DNA of 58,736 nt from a virus (Duplodnaviria; Caudoviricetes), in IMG/VR virus record IMGVR_UViG_3300023243_000165, positions 1 through 58,736 of that record; one strand, written 5' to 3'. A program made the translations under genes and the position numbers. Every line of letters begins with the position of its first letter. The stretch's first letter is position 1. Below are positions 26,900-36,554 of this stretch, piece after piece. The notes under the pieces were generated by a model, which was not told where the DNA came from, did not search any database, and saw only the letters and a list, made by a program, of their open reading frames with translations.

Positions 26900-29216
26900 T
26901 CTGTTTCTCCCTGTTCAGGTCAATTTTTTCTTCTGCAATTCTAATTCTTTCTCCAGCTTGATCTTCTGAAGATTCTAATTTCATTTTATCAAGGTCTATT
27001 CTTTCTTCAAACTCTCCGGATTTTCTTTCTTCGGATTCTACATTTTCTTGTGCTTTTCTTTGCATGTCCATAGCTCTTAAATCTAATTCTCTTTGTTTCA
27101 AAGCAACTAATGGGTCTTCTTTTTGTCCACCCGCTTCTTCTTGAGCTAAAGCTGTAGTTATCTCAGCAATTCTTTTTGCAACCATAGAATCAAACATAAT
27201 TTTAAATCCTTTTGGATCCATTTGTGCTTGTTGTTGCATCTCTGGAGATTCTTGTACTAAGTTACCTACTTCTCCATGAGCTTGTAACGCAATATGATCT
27301 GAAATATGTCCTTGAAGCAATGCGTACACCATTGGATTTATTTGAACCATTCTCGTAGCCATAAATGCTCTGTGTGCCGCCATATGTGACTCATGATCTT
27401 GTTCAGGAAACGCTTTTAACATTTGTGTTTGTAATGCTTTAGCATTTTCAGTCGCAGGATCCTCGGGTTGAGGTTGAACTTCTGGTTTTAGTAATGCATC
27501 AATATGTTTTGTACCTAAAGCTTCATAAACTCTTCTGTAAGCCTCTCTTAAATTATGCATTTGTGGATTTGATACTGCAATTTTTAAATTCTCATTCGCT
27601 AAAGTTACTCTTTGTGACATAGAAAAGATATTTGGGTCTGCAACAGGAATTACATCTACTCTGTCGTCAAAATCTTTTAATTTTACGAACCTGTCTGCGT
27701 TTGTAACTGCGTATGGATACACCGGAGGTAAGTAATCAGCAAAAACTTTTGCTAAAAGTCTAAATTCTTGTCTCATTCCGTAGTAGCAACGTTTGTGGAT
27801 AGCACTCATGACACGAGAACCACGCTCCAAGAGAGCAATTGTAGTCCCAACAGCTGCTTGTTGGTTTCCATCACCAACTTGCATGTCTGCAATCGATGCA
27901 AATCTTTGTCCTGCTTGTACTACAAAGCCTAAAAGTTGAAATAAAGTTCCACTTGGCTCTTTAAAAGGTAAAATTTGAAACTGATCTTTAATATTTCCGC
28001 CTGGCGCATCAACATCTCTGAATTCTCCGGGTTGAAAAGGTTGGTCATCATCTCTAATTCTTATTCCTCTAGATTTAAATCCAGCAGGTAAGTTCGCTAA
28101 AGTACCCGCATCTAGTAATTGTCTTAATGCTTGAGTAGCAGATCTAGATAAGCCACCAATCATGTGAATTAAACCAAAACCATAGAAACCTAGACCCGGT
28201 AAAAACTTATAGTGAACAAAATATTCTCTTCTTGATGCTAAGTCATCATCTTGGTTATAGTTTCTATAAATAGATAATACTTCCCCTGAACCTTCATCAA
28301 TTGAAACAATGTATGGAAGCTTAACTTCTTTTTCTGCATCTTCTTTTTCAAACTGATTTATGTTTAAATCAATATGCATTTCTAAAATATTGTATTGGTA
28401 TTCTTTTTCTCCTGCAGGCTTAACACCTTCAAGTTCATTTAGTTTATCTTGTACAGGGTTTTGTTCAGCTTGTTTTGCTATTAATTCTACATCTCTATAG
28501 AAACCCGCTTTTTGTTGTTTAAGAATAGTGTTCTCTGACATCTTAACAACGTGTGTAATTCTTTCACAATCTTTTAAATCAGTTGCGTAGTAAGGAACAA
28601 TTAAATCCTCTGCAGGTACAAATTTTGATACTGCTCTTTGTTTAATCTCGTCGTAGTAAATCTTTTTAAATGCAGACCCTGCTAATGGTAAATAGAATAA
28701 CATCTGATCCGTGTCTGGAGTGTACTCTTCCATCTCCTCCATTAACATATAGTTCATGAAATCTTTTACACGTTCTGCTTGTTGTTGTGTTTCTGGTGTG
28801 TCTGCTCCAATGACAGCTGTTCTTACAGGGCCATCACTTGGTAATAATTCTTTATAAGCTTGTGCTTGAAATTGTGTAACAGCTTCTGATAAGAGCGGAT
28901 GGGTAACACCACTTGCACCTTGAAATGGTCTAGTATTATTTACATACTTAAACCCAAGTAAATCTAAACCACTAGTGTAAGCCTGTTCCCAATCCGATCT
29001 TGAAACTTTGTCTCTTTTATAATCCTGAATAAGTTCAGCAGAGATTCGACCTAATGTTCGGTCATCCATCTCTTCAGCTAAGTTTCTATAAAAGTCTTCT
29101 TCGGTTTCTTCTTCTTCTTGAGGAATTTCTTCCTCTCCACCTTCGACTTCTACGTCAACTTCTTCTGTTACTTCTTCTTCTTCAGGAAGTTCATTTTGTT
29201 TCTCTACTTCAGCCAT
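26874..29216 (-). CDS. Portal protein (P22-like)
   Basis: 780 aa; 'HPLLSEAVTQFQAQAYKELLP', 'FLPGLGFYGFG', C-terminal coiled coil. Confidence 0.92.
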   Translation of the reverse strand: MAEVEKQNELPEEEEVTEEVDVEVEGGEEEIPQEEEETEEDFYRNLAEEMDDRTLGRISAELIQDYKRDKVSRSDWEQAYTSGLDLLGFKYVNNTRPFQGASGVTHPLLSEAVTQFQAQAYKELLPSDGPVRTAVIGADTPETQQQAERVKDFMNYMLMEEMEEYTPDTDQMLFYLPLAGSAFKKIYYDEIKQRAVSKFVPAEDLIVPYYATDLKDCERITHVVKMSENTILKQQKAGFYRDVELIAKQAEQNPVQDKLNELEGVKPAGEKEYQYNILEMHIDLNINQFEKEDAEKEVKLPYIVSIDEGSGEVLSIYRNYNQDDDLASRREYFVHYKFLPGLGFYGFGLIHMIGGLSRSATQALRQLLDAGTLANLPAGFKSRGIRIRDDDQPFQPGEFRDVDAPGGNIKDQFQILPFKEPSGTLFQLLGFVVQAGQRFASIADMQVGDGNQQAAVGTTIALLERGSRVMSAIHKRCYYGMRQEFRLLAKVFADYLPPVYPYAVTNADRFVKLKDFDDRVDVIPVADPNIFSMSQRVTLANENLKIAVSNPQMHNLREAYRRVYEALGTKHIDALLKPEVQPQPEDPATENAKALQTQMLKAFPEQDHESHMAAHRAFMATRMVQINPMVYALLQGHISDHIALQAHGEVGNLVQESPEMQQQAQMDPKGFKIMFDSMVAKRIAEITTALAQEEAGGQKEDPLVALKQRELDLRAMDMQRKAQENVESEERKSGEFEERIDLDKMKLESSEDQAGERIRIAEEKIDLNREKQNESKQQKN

Positions 29217-29606
29217 TTAACAAATCTTAGTTGGTTTACTTCTTGCTAGTTTGTTTCCTCTTGATTCAACCATAACACCATTACTAGCTTTAATCATTTT
29301 ACCGTATTTAGCTCCGTCCATTGAACCTAAACCAATACCTGAGTAATCTCCAGCTAATGTTCCGCCTTTTTTAGATGTAGCATTTGGTCCTGGACCTGTG
29401 TTAAGTCCTTTTTTTCTATAAACGTTAACTGCATCCATTACTTTTTCTTTAAAGCCTTTTTTCTTTGCAATTTTGCTTATCATTGATTTGTCGCCACCTT
29501 CAGTTTTAAGGTAGGCATCCATTTCTTTTTTCTGCCCTAGCATTTTAGATCCCGCATAAGCTGCGACACCTGCTGCTAGAAATTTTTTAAGTTTTTTGCT
29601 TGCCAT
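29217..29606 (-). CDS. Small basic protein
   Basis: 'AKYGKMIKASNG..SRGNKLARSKPTKIC'; AGGAG RBS. Confidence 0.72.
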   Translation of the reverse strand: MASKKLKKFLAAGVAAYAGSKMLGQKKEMDAYLKTEGGDKSMISKIAKKKGFKEKVMDAVNVYRKKGLNTGPGPNATSKKGGTLAGDYSGIGLGSMDGAKYGKMIKASNGVMVESRGNKLARSKPTKIC

Positions 29607-29643
29607 GATAATTATCTCCTATTGTTATAACAGGTTTATAATA

Positions 29644-31899
29644 TCATGCAAATATATTTACGACTAGTCCACCCGTGTTATAGGCTTTAAAAGGCTTATC
29701 CACCATTTCTTTATTAACTCTAATAGCGTAAGCATCAAAATATAACCTAGGATCACCTTCCATTATCTTCTCAACCTCTCCGTTATAACGTCCTGCATAA
29801 TACTGAGCTTCTTGTTCAGTTTTAAAAGCAGCTTTATGTTGAGTTCTTGATTTGTCTGGGTTAAGACCAAATTCTTTTTTAGTATCTACTTGTTGCACAA
29901 CTTTAAAAGGTTTATTAGGATCTGACTTTGCAACCGGTATTGTTTTAACTTCTGAACCATATTCTCTAGCTATTTTATCCATTGCTGCAGGTAGAGTTGC
30001 TTTCTTTTTAGGATCTGTAAAACCTTGTATTGGAACTTCATTATCGTTAGCATCTTTTCTAACCACCCCTTGTCTACCGCCATATCCTTTAAAACCTGCT
30101 TTACCTGTTCTTGTTCCGTAAAATTCTATGTCCCCTAAATACTTAGTTCTTTTTGCATGGTGTAAGTATTCAACAGGTGAGATGGCTACCCAATCCACAC
30201 CCCTGTCTGCTGCATCCTTAATTTGATTTTTAAGAGCATGTGCACCCCAGTTCTCTTTTCCGTAAAGAGGTAAAAAAGGAATCCCGTCTTGAGCTTCTCT
30301 GTTTGTTATATTAGATAAGTTAAGTGAGTTAGATCTCATTTCTCTAAATTCACTATTTAATGTATTAAATCTCGCTTGGTCTTCTCTAGTCGCTTTAATC
30401 CCTTTAGCTGAAATTGTTTTCATTTCATCAACCATTTTTTCAAGCTTTCTATTTGCAGAAAAGAATTCTATCTCTGAACCAAAAGCATTTTGTACTTTAT
30501 CCCTTGTTGGATTAATCTTTCTTAGTTTTTGGTGGTAGTCAGATTGTATCTCATCAAGCATCATAACTTTTTGATTCTCATTACCCCCACTTCTAATACT
30601 ACCTCTTACATGATAAATCTGATTAGGTATTTTTTTCTCACCACTGTTATAGTGTCTATTAAAACCACTACTTAGTTTCTGACCCATAGGTAATTCTTTA
30701 GGATAATACACTACATTTTCAAAATACTCATCACCACCCTTAATTCTATACTCACCGTAATTTCCATACTTAGTTTCGAAGCCTTGTGATTTTTGTAATT
30801 GTAGTCTTCTAAAAATATCTATGTCTTTTGCTTTACCTGCTTCAGTAATTCTACTTATCTCTAATGGGTCTACCTCAACCCCAAGCCGTCTAACTTTTGG
30901 TATTAAAGCTTCGTAGCTGCCTATAAGATCACCAAAAGGAGACTTATCAAAATCAGAGTATTGATCCTCTACTTCTTTAAATTTATTGTACATTAAAGAA
31001 TTTTGTTTTCTGATATTTTTTTGAAGTGAGTCTACAATCTCTACAATATCTTCTGTTTCTTGACTGTCCCCTGCTTTAGCAATAACTTTATTTTTTATAC
31101 CATCTAAACTATTATTAATGTCACGTCCTAAATCCTCAGCTTCATCTACTATTTTAACATCGGTTCCAAGCTTTCTCATTTTTAAATTATTAACAGGTGC
31201 TTTTTCTACAATGTATAATAAATCCATTTTAGTTAATGGAATCTTTTTTTCTTGAGCTACCTTTAGAAACCCACCTACAAGATTTCCAGCTTTATCAAAC
31301 TGTGCAATATTTGCGTCCCACATCTCTTCTCTTTTGACTGCTTGTGATATATTTTTGAATTCAGGATTGCCGGTCTTAAAAGATCCTGGACCTCCTGATT
31401 TAAAATCTTTAATCCACTCTTCTGGTTTTCTAGCTCCAGCAATAGGGTGTCTTGCAATGTAATCGTAAAGAGAGGAACCAATTCTTTTTGTTTTACCCCC
31501 ACGAGAAAGTGGAGCGTTGTAAGACATCTTTTTAAGTTCGTTTGATCTTGCGATTGCAACTTGTCTAATTTGTTCTTGTTGTGATATCTGAGGTGCTGTC
31601 ATTGCTCGACCTCTATCCATCTTAGTTGGAACTATAGATAATATTTCATCTACCTCATCAACTGGTCCCGTGGTTCGTGAAACGGGAGCCTTGGGTAATT
31701 TGATTCCTGCGATTTTTTTTATAACTCTACCGATAGGGTTCCTAAGGGCCACGGCTCCTGCACCAGCTAATGCTAATCCTGCAACGCCTCTAGCTGCTGA
31801 TGGTTCGTATGGTTCTAGATCAGATTTATTAACAGGTACTGAGGATGTTTTATCATTCTCAATAATTTCTTGCCTATTTAAATCTGCAAGTCCAGCCAT
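29644..31899 (-). CDS. Large putative internal/injected protein
   Basis: 751 aa; 'HVRG...LDEIQSDYHQ' motif; C-terminal YNTGGLV. Confidence 0.65.
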   Translation of the reverse strand: MAGLADLNRQEIIENDKTSSVPVNKSDLEPYEPSAARGVAGLALAGAGAVALRNPIGRVIKKIAGIKLPKAPVSRTTGPVDEVDEILSIVPTKMDRGRAMTAPQISQQEQIRQVAIARSNELKKMSYNAPLSRGGKTKRIGSSLYDYIARHPIAGARKPEEWIKDFKSGGPGSFKTGNPEFKNISQAVKREEMWDANIAQFDKAGNLVGGFLKVAQEKKIPLTKMDLLYIVEKAPVNNLKMRKLGTDVKIVDEAEDLGRDINNSLDGIKNKVIAKAGDSQETEDIVEIVDSLQKNIRKQNSLMYNKFKEVEDQYSDFDKSPFGDLIGSYEALIPKVRRLGVEVDPLEISRITEAGKAKDIDIFRRLQLQKSQGFETKYGNYGEYRIKGGDEYFENVVYYPKELPMGQKLSSGFNRHYNSGEKKIPNQIYHVRGSIRSGGNENQKVMMLDEIQSDYHQKLRKINPTRDKVQNAFGSEIEFFSANRKLEKMVDEMKTISAKGIKATREDQARFNTLNSEFREMRSNSLNLSNITNREAQDGIPFLPLYGKENWGAHALKNQIKDAADRGVDWVAISPVEYLHHAKRTKYLGDIEFYGTRTGKAGFKGYGGRQGVVRKDANDNEVPIQGFTDPKKKATLPAAMDKIAREYGSEVKTIPVAKSDPNKPFKVVQQVDTKKEFGLNPDKSRTQHKAAFKTEQEAQYYAGRYNGEVEKIMEGDPRLYFDAYAIRVNKEMVDKPFKAYNTGGLVVNIFA

Positions 31900-32249
31900 T
31901 ACTTAACTCCTGAAAATTTAGTACCTTGAATTGCAACTCCACCACCAGATGAGAATTTTTTCTTTATTTGAAACCCAACATAATCTTTACCTATTGAAGC
32001 AGAAGTTTGTGCTTTTGTTTCATCAGGAACATACCCAGGGTTTTCCCCTCCTTGAAATTTACTTTTTTGTTTTGTAAGGTTAATACGAATTTTACCTTTT
32101 CCATCTTCTTTAAATAAACTTTTAAGGTCAGAGCCTCCTAAAGTAGTATGATACATACCTTCTTTATTTCTATCGTAAGTTTTTTCAGGGTCATTTACTG
32201 ATAAACCAAAACTATAAAGATTTTTATTATTAGTTTTTTTCTTTCCCAT
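31899..32249 (-). CDS. Small GG-motif protein
   Basis: Ends FSSGGGVAIQGTKFSGVK. Confidence 0.72.
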   Translation of the reverse strand: MGKKKTNNKNLYSFGLSVNDPEKTYDRNKEGMYHTTLGGSDLKSLFKEDGKGKIRINLTKQKSKFQGGENPGYVPDETKAQTSASIGKDYVGFQIKKKFSSGGGVAIQGTKFSGVK

Positions 32250-32251
32250 GA

Positions 32252-32662
32252 TTAGTCTATAAGATCTTTAATGTAATCTCCACCTTTACCAACTACATTC
32301 TCTACGATTCCAGGGTTGCCTCTTGGTCTTGGTTTATGTCCCATATCCATTCCACCACCTTTGTTCATAGTTCTAGGTACTGCTGCCATACCAGGCGCTG
32401 AAGAAAGCACTTCTTTTTTTCCTTTAAAAAATTTCTTTAAAGTATCTCTACCTTTTTTAGTTCCTAATACTGCAACTCCAAGTACTGCTTTAATTGGCTC
32501 ACCACCTTTGCTTCTCTTTTTTGGTTTTAACTCAAAAGGGTTAGGGTCTTTTACTACTGACGCTAAGTCTCTGTCAATTTCATTTTCTAAGAATGCTGCT
32601 TCGTTGGAAGCTTTTAAAGCTGCTTTTTCTGCAGCTATTTCTGCTTTAGTTTTTTGTGGCAT
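32252..32662 (-). CDS. Small GG-motif protein
   Basis: RSKGG, MNKGG; ends GKGGDYIKDLID. Confidence 0.72.
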   Translation of the reverse strand: MPQKTKAEIAAEKAALKASNEAAFLENEIDRDLASVVKDPNPFELKPKKRSKGGEPIKAVLGVAVLGTKKGRDTLKKFFKGKKEVLSSAPGMAAVPRTMNKGGGMDMGHKPRPRGNPGIVENVVGKGGDYIKDLID

Positions 32663-32670
32663 AATATCTC

Positions 32671-34146
32671 CTAATAATATTTATATTCCTTTGGAACATT
32701 GTAAAACTCATCCTCATAGTCGTTCATCATTTCTATGAAGTTTCCTTGACGGTATCTTAACACAGCCTGAGTGGTGCTGTCGACATAGTCATCATAGGCT
32801 CCATGAGGAAAAGCAGCACATTCCTCAATTACTTCCTCTGCATATTTCTCGTCTTCTGGATAGTAAATACCACCAGATTCGAATACTGGTGCGCAGGCGT
32901 TGACCCGTGAGTGTTTGTCCTTGCCCCTAGATGGAACGAATGGAATGACAGGAATCCCCATACGTCGGAACTCTTGCATAAGGGGTTCTCCTGTAGCCTT
33001 AGCTTCAATGATCACGGACTCCGGCTCCCAATATTTATACTGATCCATTGCAACTACTTTAAGTTCTGGAAAATCAAATTTACCTTTAAGGGCATCTAAT
33101 AATATTAATGCAGGTTTACCATCTTCATTTGGAAAAAATACACCCCATGTTGTTATAGCAGAATAATCGGCAGTTTCTTTTGCACTAAACGCAGTATCAT
33201 AAGATTGTATTATATGATGTAGTTTTGGAATTTTTTCTTTCTTCCAAGGGACCCACCATTCTCTTTTAAGAATTGCACCTTCCTCTGATGTAGGGTTCTG
33301 CATATATTGTGCAGACCAATTTCGAATAGGAACTGAAGCTTTAACTTTTTCTAATTCCTCTAGTTCCCAATACTCAGGCCAAACAGGTTTCCCTGAATCT
33401 AATATTGCAGGAAAAGAAATTACTTCCCAATTGTCAGCCTTAGGTTCTTTTTGAGCCTTAATTAAACGACCTGTCAAATCATCTTCTGCCCATCTAGTCA
33501 TTACAACTACAATTGAGCCTCCAGGTTGTAAACGTTGTCTAGGTCCTGACACATACCAATCATACGCTCTTTCCATAGCAGACTCTGACATAGAATCTTG
33601 CTCCGTATGTGGATCGTCAATAATAAGCAAATCAGCCCCTCGACCTGTGATAGATCCGCCAACACCCGCTGCAAAGTACTCACCGCCATGGTTAGTCTCC
33701 CACCTGCCTTTTGCTTTTGAGTCTTCCCTTAGTTTAACATCCCCAAAGATCTGTTTATACTCCCTTTGTTCCATAAGGTTCCTTACTTTAGAACCAAACC
33801 TTGATGATAATTCTGCATTGTGAGAAACTTGCATAATTTTTAAATTTGGATACTTCCCTATCATCCAAGCAGGAAACAAATAGGATGCAAATTCAGATTT
33901 AGTATGTCTAGGTGGCATATTGATTATGAGCCTCCCTTTTTTCTTATTAGAAATTCTTGTAAACTCAGCTGCTATATGTTGGTGGTGGCCCCACTTTTTA
34001 GGATCCGCATCTAGCCTACAAATAAAGTCAGGCCAAACTTCCTTCACAAAATATATAAAATTATCTTGACACAATTTAATGTGTTCAATCCATTTTTTTT
34101 CTACAGTTATTCTTAACTGGTCATTAGTTAGTAATTCTTTATTCAT
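32671..34146 (-). CDS. terL: Terminase large subunit
   Basis: Walker A-like 'MPPRHTKS', Walker B 'LLIIDDP', 'SYDTA', 'DDYVDS' RNase H motifs. Confidence 0.95.
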   Translation of the reverse strand: MNKELLTNDQLRITVEKKWIEHIKLCQDNFIYFVKEVWPDFICRLDADPKKWGHHQHIAAEFTRISNKKKGRLIINMPPRHTKSEFASYLFPAWMIGKYPNLKIMQVSHNAELSSRFGSKVRNLMEQREYKQIFGDVKLREDSKAKGRWETNHGGEYFAAGVGGSITGRGADLLIIDDPHTEQDSMSESAMERAYDWYVSGPRQRLQPGGSIVVVMTRWAEDDLTGRLIKAQKEPKADNWEVISFPAILDSGKPVWPEYWELEELEKVKASVPIRNWSAQYMQNPTSEEGAILKREWWVPWKKEKIPKLHHIIQSYDTAFSAKETADYSAITTWGVFFPNEDGKPALILLDALKGKFDFPELKVVAMDQYKYWEPESVIIEAKATGEPLMQEFRRMGIPVIPFVPSRGKDKHSRVNACAPVFESGGIYYPEDEKYAEEVIEECAAFPHGAYDDYVDSTTQAVLRYRQGNFIEMMNDYEDEFYNVPKEYKYY

Positions 34147-34344
34147 TTGGGTCCCTTTTTAATATATACCCATAATATAAATAACGCCAGTGTTTCTATT
34201 TGAGTGAGTTTAAAGCACGAATCTCGGTATAATCACGACAAGCTAACGTGGGAACAACATCTTGTGGTTAAGTTTGAGTTTCGTACTAGGTTTGGTACCT
34301 CTATCAAGGCTAGGTGTCAGGGTATTGATGCGAAGGTAGGGTGT

Positions 34345-34370
34345 ACCTGTAAGCCCGAAGGCTTACAGGT
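34345..34370 (-). other. Stable hairpin with cUUCGg tetraloop at the end of the early transcript
   Basis: acctgtaagcc-ttcg-ggcttacaggt on minus strand, 11 bp stem, no U-tract. Confidence 0.65.
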
Positions 34371-34378
34371 GAGAGCGA

Positions 34379-34636
34379 CTACTGATTGAAGTCGTTATTG
34401 TTTTGTAGTAATTCAAGGATAGGCTTTAGATTATTAACAAGCTTAGCCTTTAACTCATTGATAATAGGGTCGTTAGGGTACTGTATGATTATCTCCTCAA
34501 CAGCGCTCTCTAATTGCTTATACATGAATTGATAGTTAAGCCCACTATCAAGCGAATTTGTACTCGCTTGTTCAACCTCGCTCGTGTTCTTTTTACTTTC
34601 AATGATGTTATTAACCATTTTTACTAGATTAGACAT
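34379..34636 (-). CDS. Hypothetical early protein
   Basis: 85 aa; AAGGAG RBS. Confidence 0.75.
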   Translation of the reverse strand: MSNLVKMVNNIIESKKNTSEVEQASTNSLDSGLNYQFMYKQLESAVEEIIIQYPNDPIINELKAKLVNNLKPILELLQNNNDFNQ

Positions 34637-34637
34637 A

Positions 34638-34982
34638 TTAGTTTAACTCCTTTGATTGAACTTTGATTTTGATTTCTTTAGTATCCATCTCAACTAAAAA
34701 CTCCTCATATACCTTTGGATATTTCTCCTTGAACTTTGATACATCAAATCGTTTCATTGTTCGTTTAATCAACTGAGCAAAACCCTCAACACCCTCAACC
34801 TTATCCAAAATAATAAGATTAGTTTTAATGGTTTCAAATAACTCAACATGAGTTGGTTTGATTAAGTCGTTAGCTTTTTTTTGTGCCTTAACTTGCTCAA
34901 CTGAATAATGATAATTAACAATATCATTTTGTTGAACTTTCGTTGCTTTCACTTGACGTTTAATTGTCTTTAGTGTTTTCAT
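34638..34982 (-). CDS. Hypothetical early protein
   Basis: 114 aa; 'RFDVSKFKEKYPKVYEEF'; AAGGAG RBS. Confidence 0.78.
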   Translation of the reverse strand: MKTLKTIKRQVKATKVQQNDIVNYHYSVEQVKAQKKANDLIKPTHVELFETIKTNLIILDKVEGVEGFAQLIKRTMKRFDVSKFKEKYPKVYEEFLVEMDTKEIKIKVQSKELN

Positions 34983-35019
34983 AACATTTCTCCTTTATAA
35001 GTTTAATTGTTATCCCATC

Positions 35020-35047
35020 TTTATAAGATATTAAAAAGTTTAATCAA
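35020..35047 (-). promoter_or_regulatory. Sigma70-like early promoter
   Basis: TTGATT-16-TATAAA followed by ATGGGATA box. Confidence 0.5.
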
Positions 35048-35173
35048 GCGATTATTTACTTTTATTTAAAAAAAGATTTAAGCTTATTTGAGTTGATATA
35101 GAGAAAGGTTAATCACTCATTACTAACACACATATAAAAAGATTAAGTTGTCCAAATTCCAACCGAGTTTTGT

Positions 35174-35265
35174 ACTGGCGACTGGCACTGGTGCCGTAGG
35201 TTTAGTTTAAGTTAAGCACACGACGGTGTGGGCGTGGGCGTGGGGCGAGGGTGTACACCCTCGCC
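35174..35265 (+). repeat. GC-rich tripartite repeat unit plus 22 bp palindrome
   Basis: CTGGTGCC..TAGTTTAA..GTGGGCGTGGGCGTGGGG; palindrome ggcgagggtgtacaccctcgcc at 35244-35265. Confidence 0.75.
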
Positions 35266-35347
35266 TTTAAACAGTCGTTATCTAGTGTTTAAACTCACTA
35301 GCCCCAACGGGTACGGAATCCGATTGAACTGTTTAAACCGTACTAAC

Positions 35348-35851
35348 TTAACAGATACGGAAACCGTTTGATTCTTCACAGAATCTTATAAACTCCTCAA
35401 CATTACCCATTGTAAATGGATAGCTTGAGCCATAAGAATATTTAGATTGTATCCAATCCCAAGTATCGTGGTCATCTTTAGGATAATCACATGGTGCTAT
35501 GTTGGTCTTGCCTACCTCTTGCTCAACTTTCTTACGCAACATCTCGTGACACAACTCAACGTGCTTGTTGTTTGCCTCGCTGACTTTCATCTCTCCCTCA
35601 ACCTCATGTATTACTTTTGATACCGTGCCGTCTTTGATAAGTGCCTTTAATTGCTTTGCGACTTGCATAGCTTTTTCTTCACTAACCTCATGCCCACTAT
35701 TAGTCTGCCAATGCTCTCTATCTTGTTCATCAATGACACCCGTTTTTTCTACAACGAAGTCTGCCAATCTTCTCCACCACCAAACATTGTTTCTAAAGTA
35801 TTCGCCCTTGTCTGTTTTGTGATTACCTAATGAGTATAAATCAAATCCCAT
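35348..35851 (-). CDS. Conserved early protein
   Basis: 'MGFDLY..YFRNNVWWWRRL..YPF..NVEEF..SNGFRIC'; strong RBS. Confidence 0.82.
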   Translation of the reverse strand: MGFDLYSLGNHKTDKGEYFRNNVWWWRRLADFVVEKTGVIDEQDREHWQTNSGHEVSEEKAMQVAKQLKALIKDGTVSKVIHEVEGEMKVSEANNKHVELCHEMLRKKVEQEVGKTNIAPCDYPKDDHDTWDWIQSKYSYGSSYPFTMGNVEEFIRFCEESNGFRIC

Positions 35852-35884
35852 TTTGTTTTCTCCTTTGTTAAGTTAATTTCTTCT

Positions 35885-35912
35885 TTCTTATCATATCCCA
35901 CCAACAATGCAA
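35885..35912 (-). promoter_or_regulatory. Sigma70-like early promoter
   Basis: TTGCAT-16-TAAGAA with GTGGGATA in spacer. Confidence 0.45.
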
Positions 35913-35934
35913 ATGTTTTTTTTTCTGACCTTTT

Positions 35935-36123
35935 CCAGCTCGTCCTGAAGCACTGGTGCCTGGTGCCCAGCTCCTTATGTTCATGTGTACCATTAGCAAC
36001 GTCGACGGTAGTGGGCGTGGGGGTAGAGCTTCCCGATCCAGCAACCATTTCCCAGCTGGCCAGCTGGTGCCGTTTACTAGTTTAAGGACCTCTTCCAGCA
36101 ACGTCGACTGCGTGGGCGTGGGC
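35935..36123 (+). repeat. Two GC-rich tripartite repeat units
   Basis: CTGGTGCC...AGCAACGTCGAC..GTGGGCGTGGG twice. Confidence 0.78.
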
Positions 36124-36233
36124 TCAGGTAATCCCTGTGCATCCGCGGACCACGGCCGTCAGTAAAAGGATGTAGATCCATCCAGCCGCTCTAGGATAGA
36201 AGACTAGTGGTACAACAAGAACAAGCAACCATG

Positions 36234-36554
36234 TCAGGCTGCCTCCAGCTCAGCCAGTAACTGCTGGGCGCAAACCTCTACAGCGAACCAAACCAAGTCG
36301 TTCTTCAGTGTGGTAAGGGAGTGTGGGTCTTTGCAAATGTTATACAACATCAACCCATTCAGGATCCCAGCAGCGTCAGCTGCATCACTGAGCTCCTGCC
36401 ATACCTCCTGTTCATGAGCATCGTAGAAGGCGGCGGTCTCGTTGTAGTATGTGAGACCTGGCACTCCGCCACTACAGCCGTGCTTCGCGATGTCAGAGAT
36501 CAAGAAGGATTCGTCCTTCTCTCCTTGTGCCAACCAATCTTTTATACTACTCAT
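36234..36554 (-). CDS. Acidic early protein
   Basis: 'DIAKHGCSGGVPGLTYYNET..LKNDLVWFAVE'. Confidence 0.8.
   Translation of the reverse strand: MSSIKDWLAQGEKDESFLISDIAKHGCSGGVPGLTYYNETAAFYDAHEQEVWQELSDAADAAGILNGLMLYNICKDPHSLTTLKNDLVWFAVEVCAQQLLAELEAA

Noticed and set aside
3941-33689. Many + strand and nested ORFs in the track (e.g. 7088, 9107, 10876, 12678, 21345, 22388, 23115, 32316)
   Set aside because: Antisense or alternate-frame shadows of well-supported genes, explained by codon bias
35266-35343. Known self-cleaving ribozyme (hammerhead, twister, pistol, HDV)
   Set aside because: Conserved catalytic cores were not found; kept only as an unknown structure
35827-36165. ORFs 35827..36048, 35868..36101 and 35956..36165
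   Set aside because: They span GC-rich repeats and a promoter, lack RBSs, and are open because of high GC content
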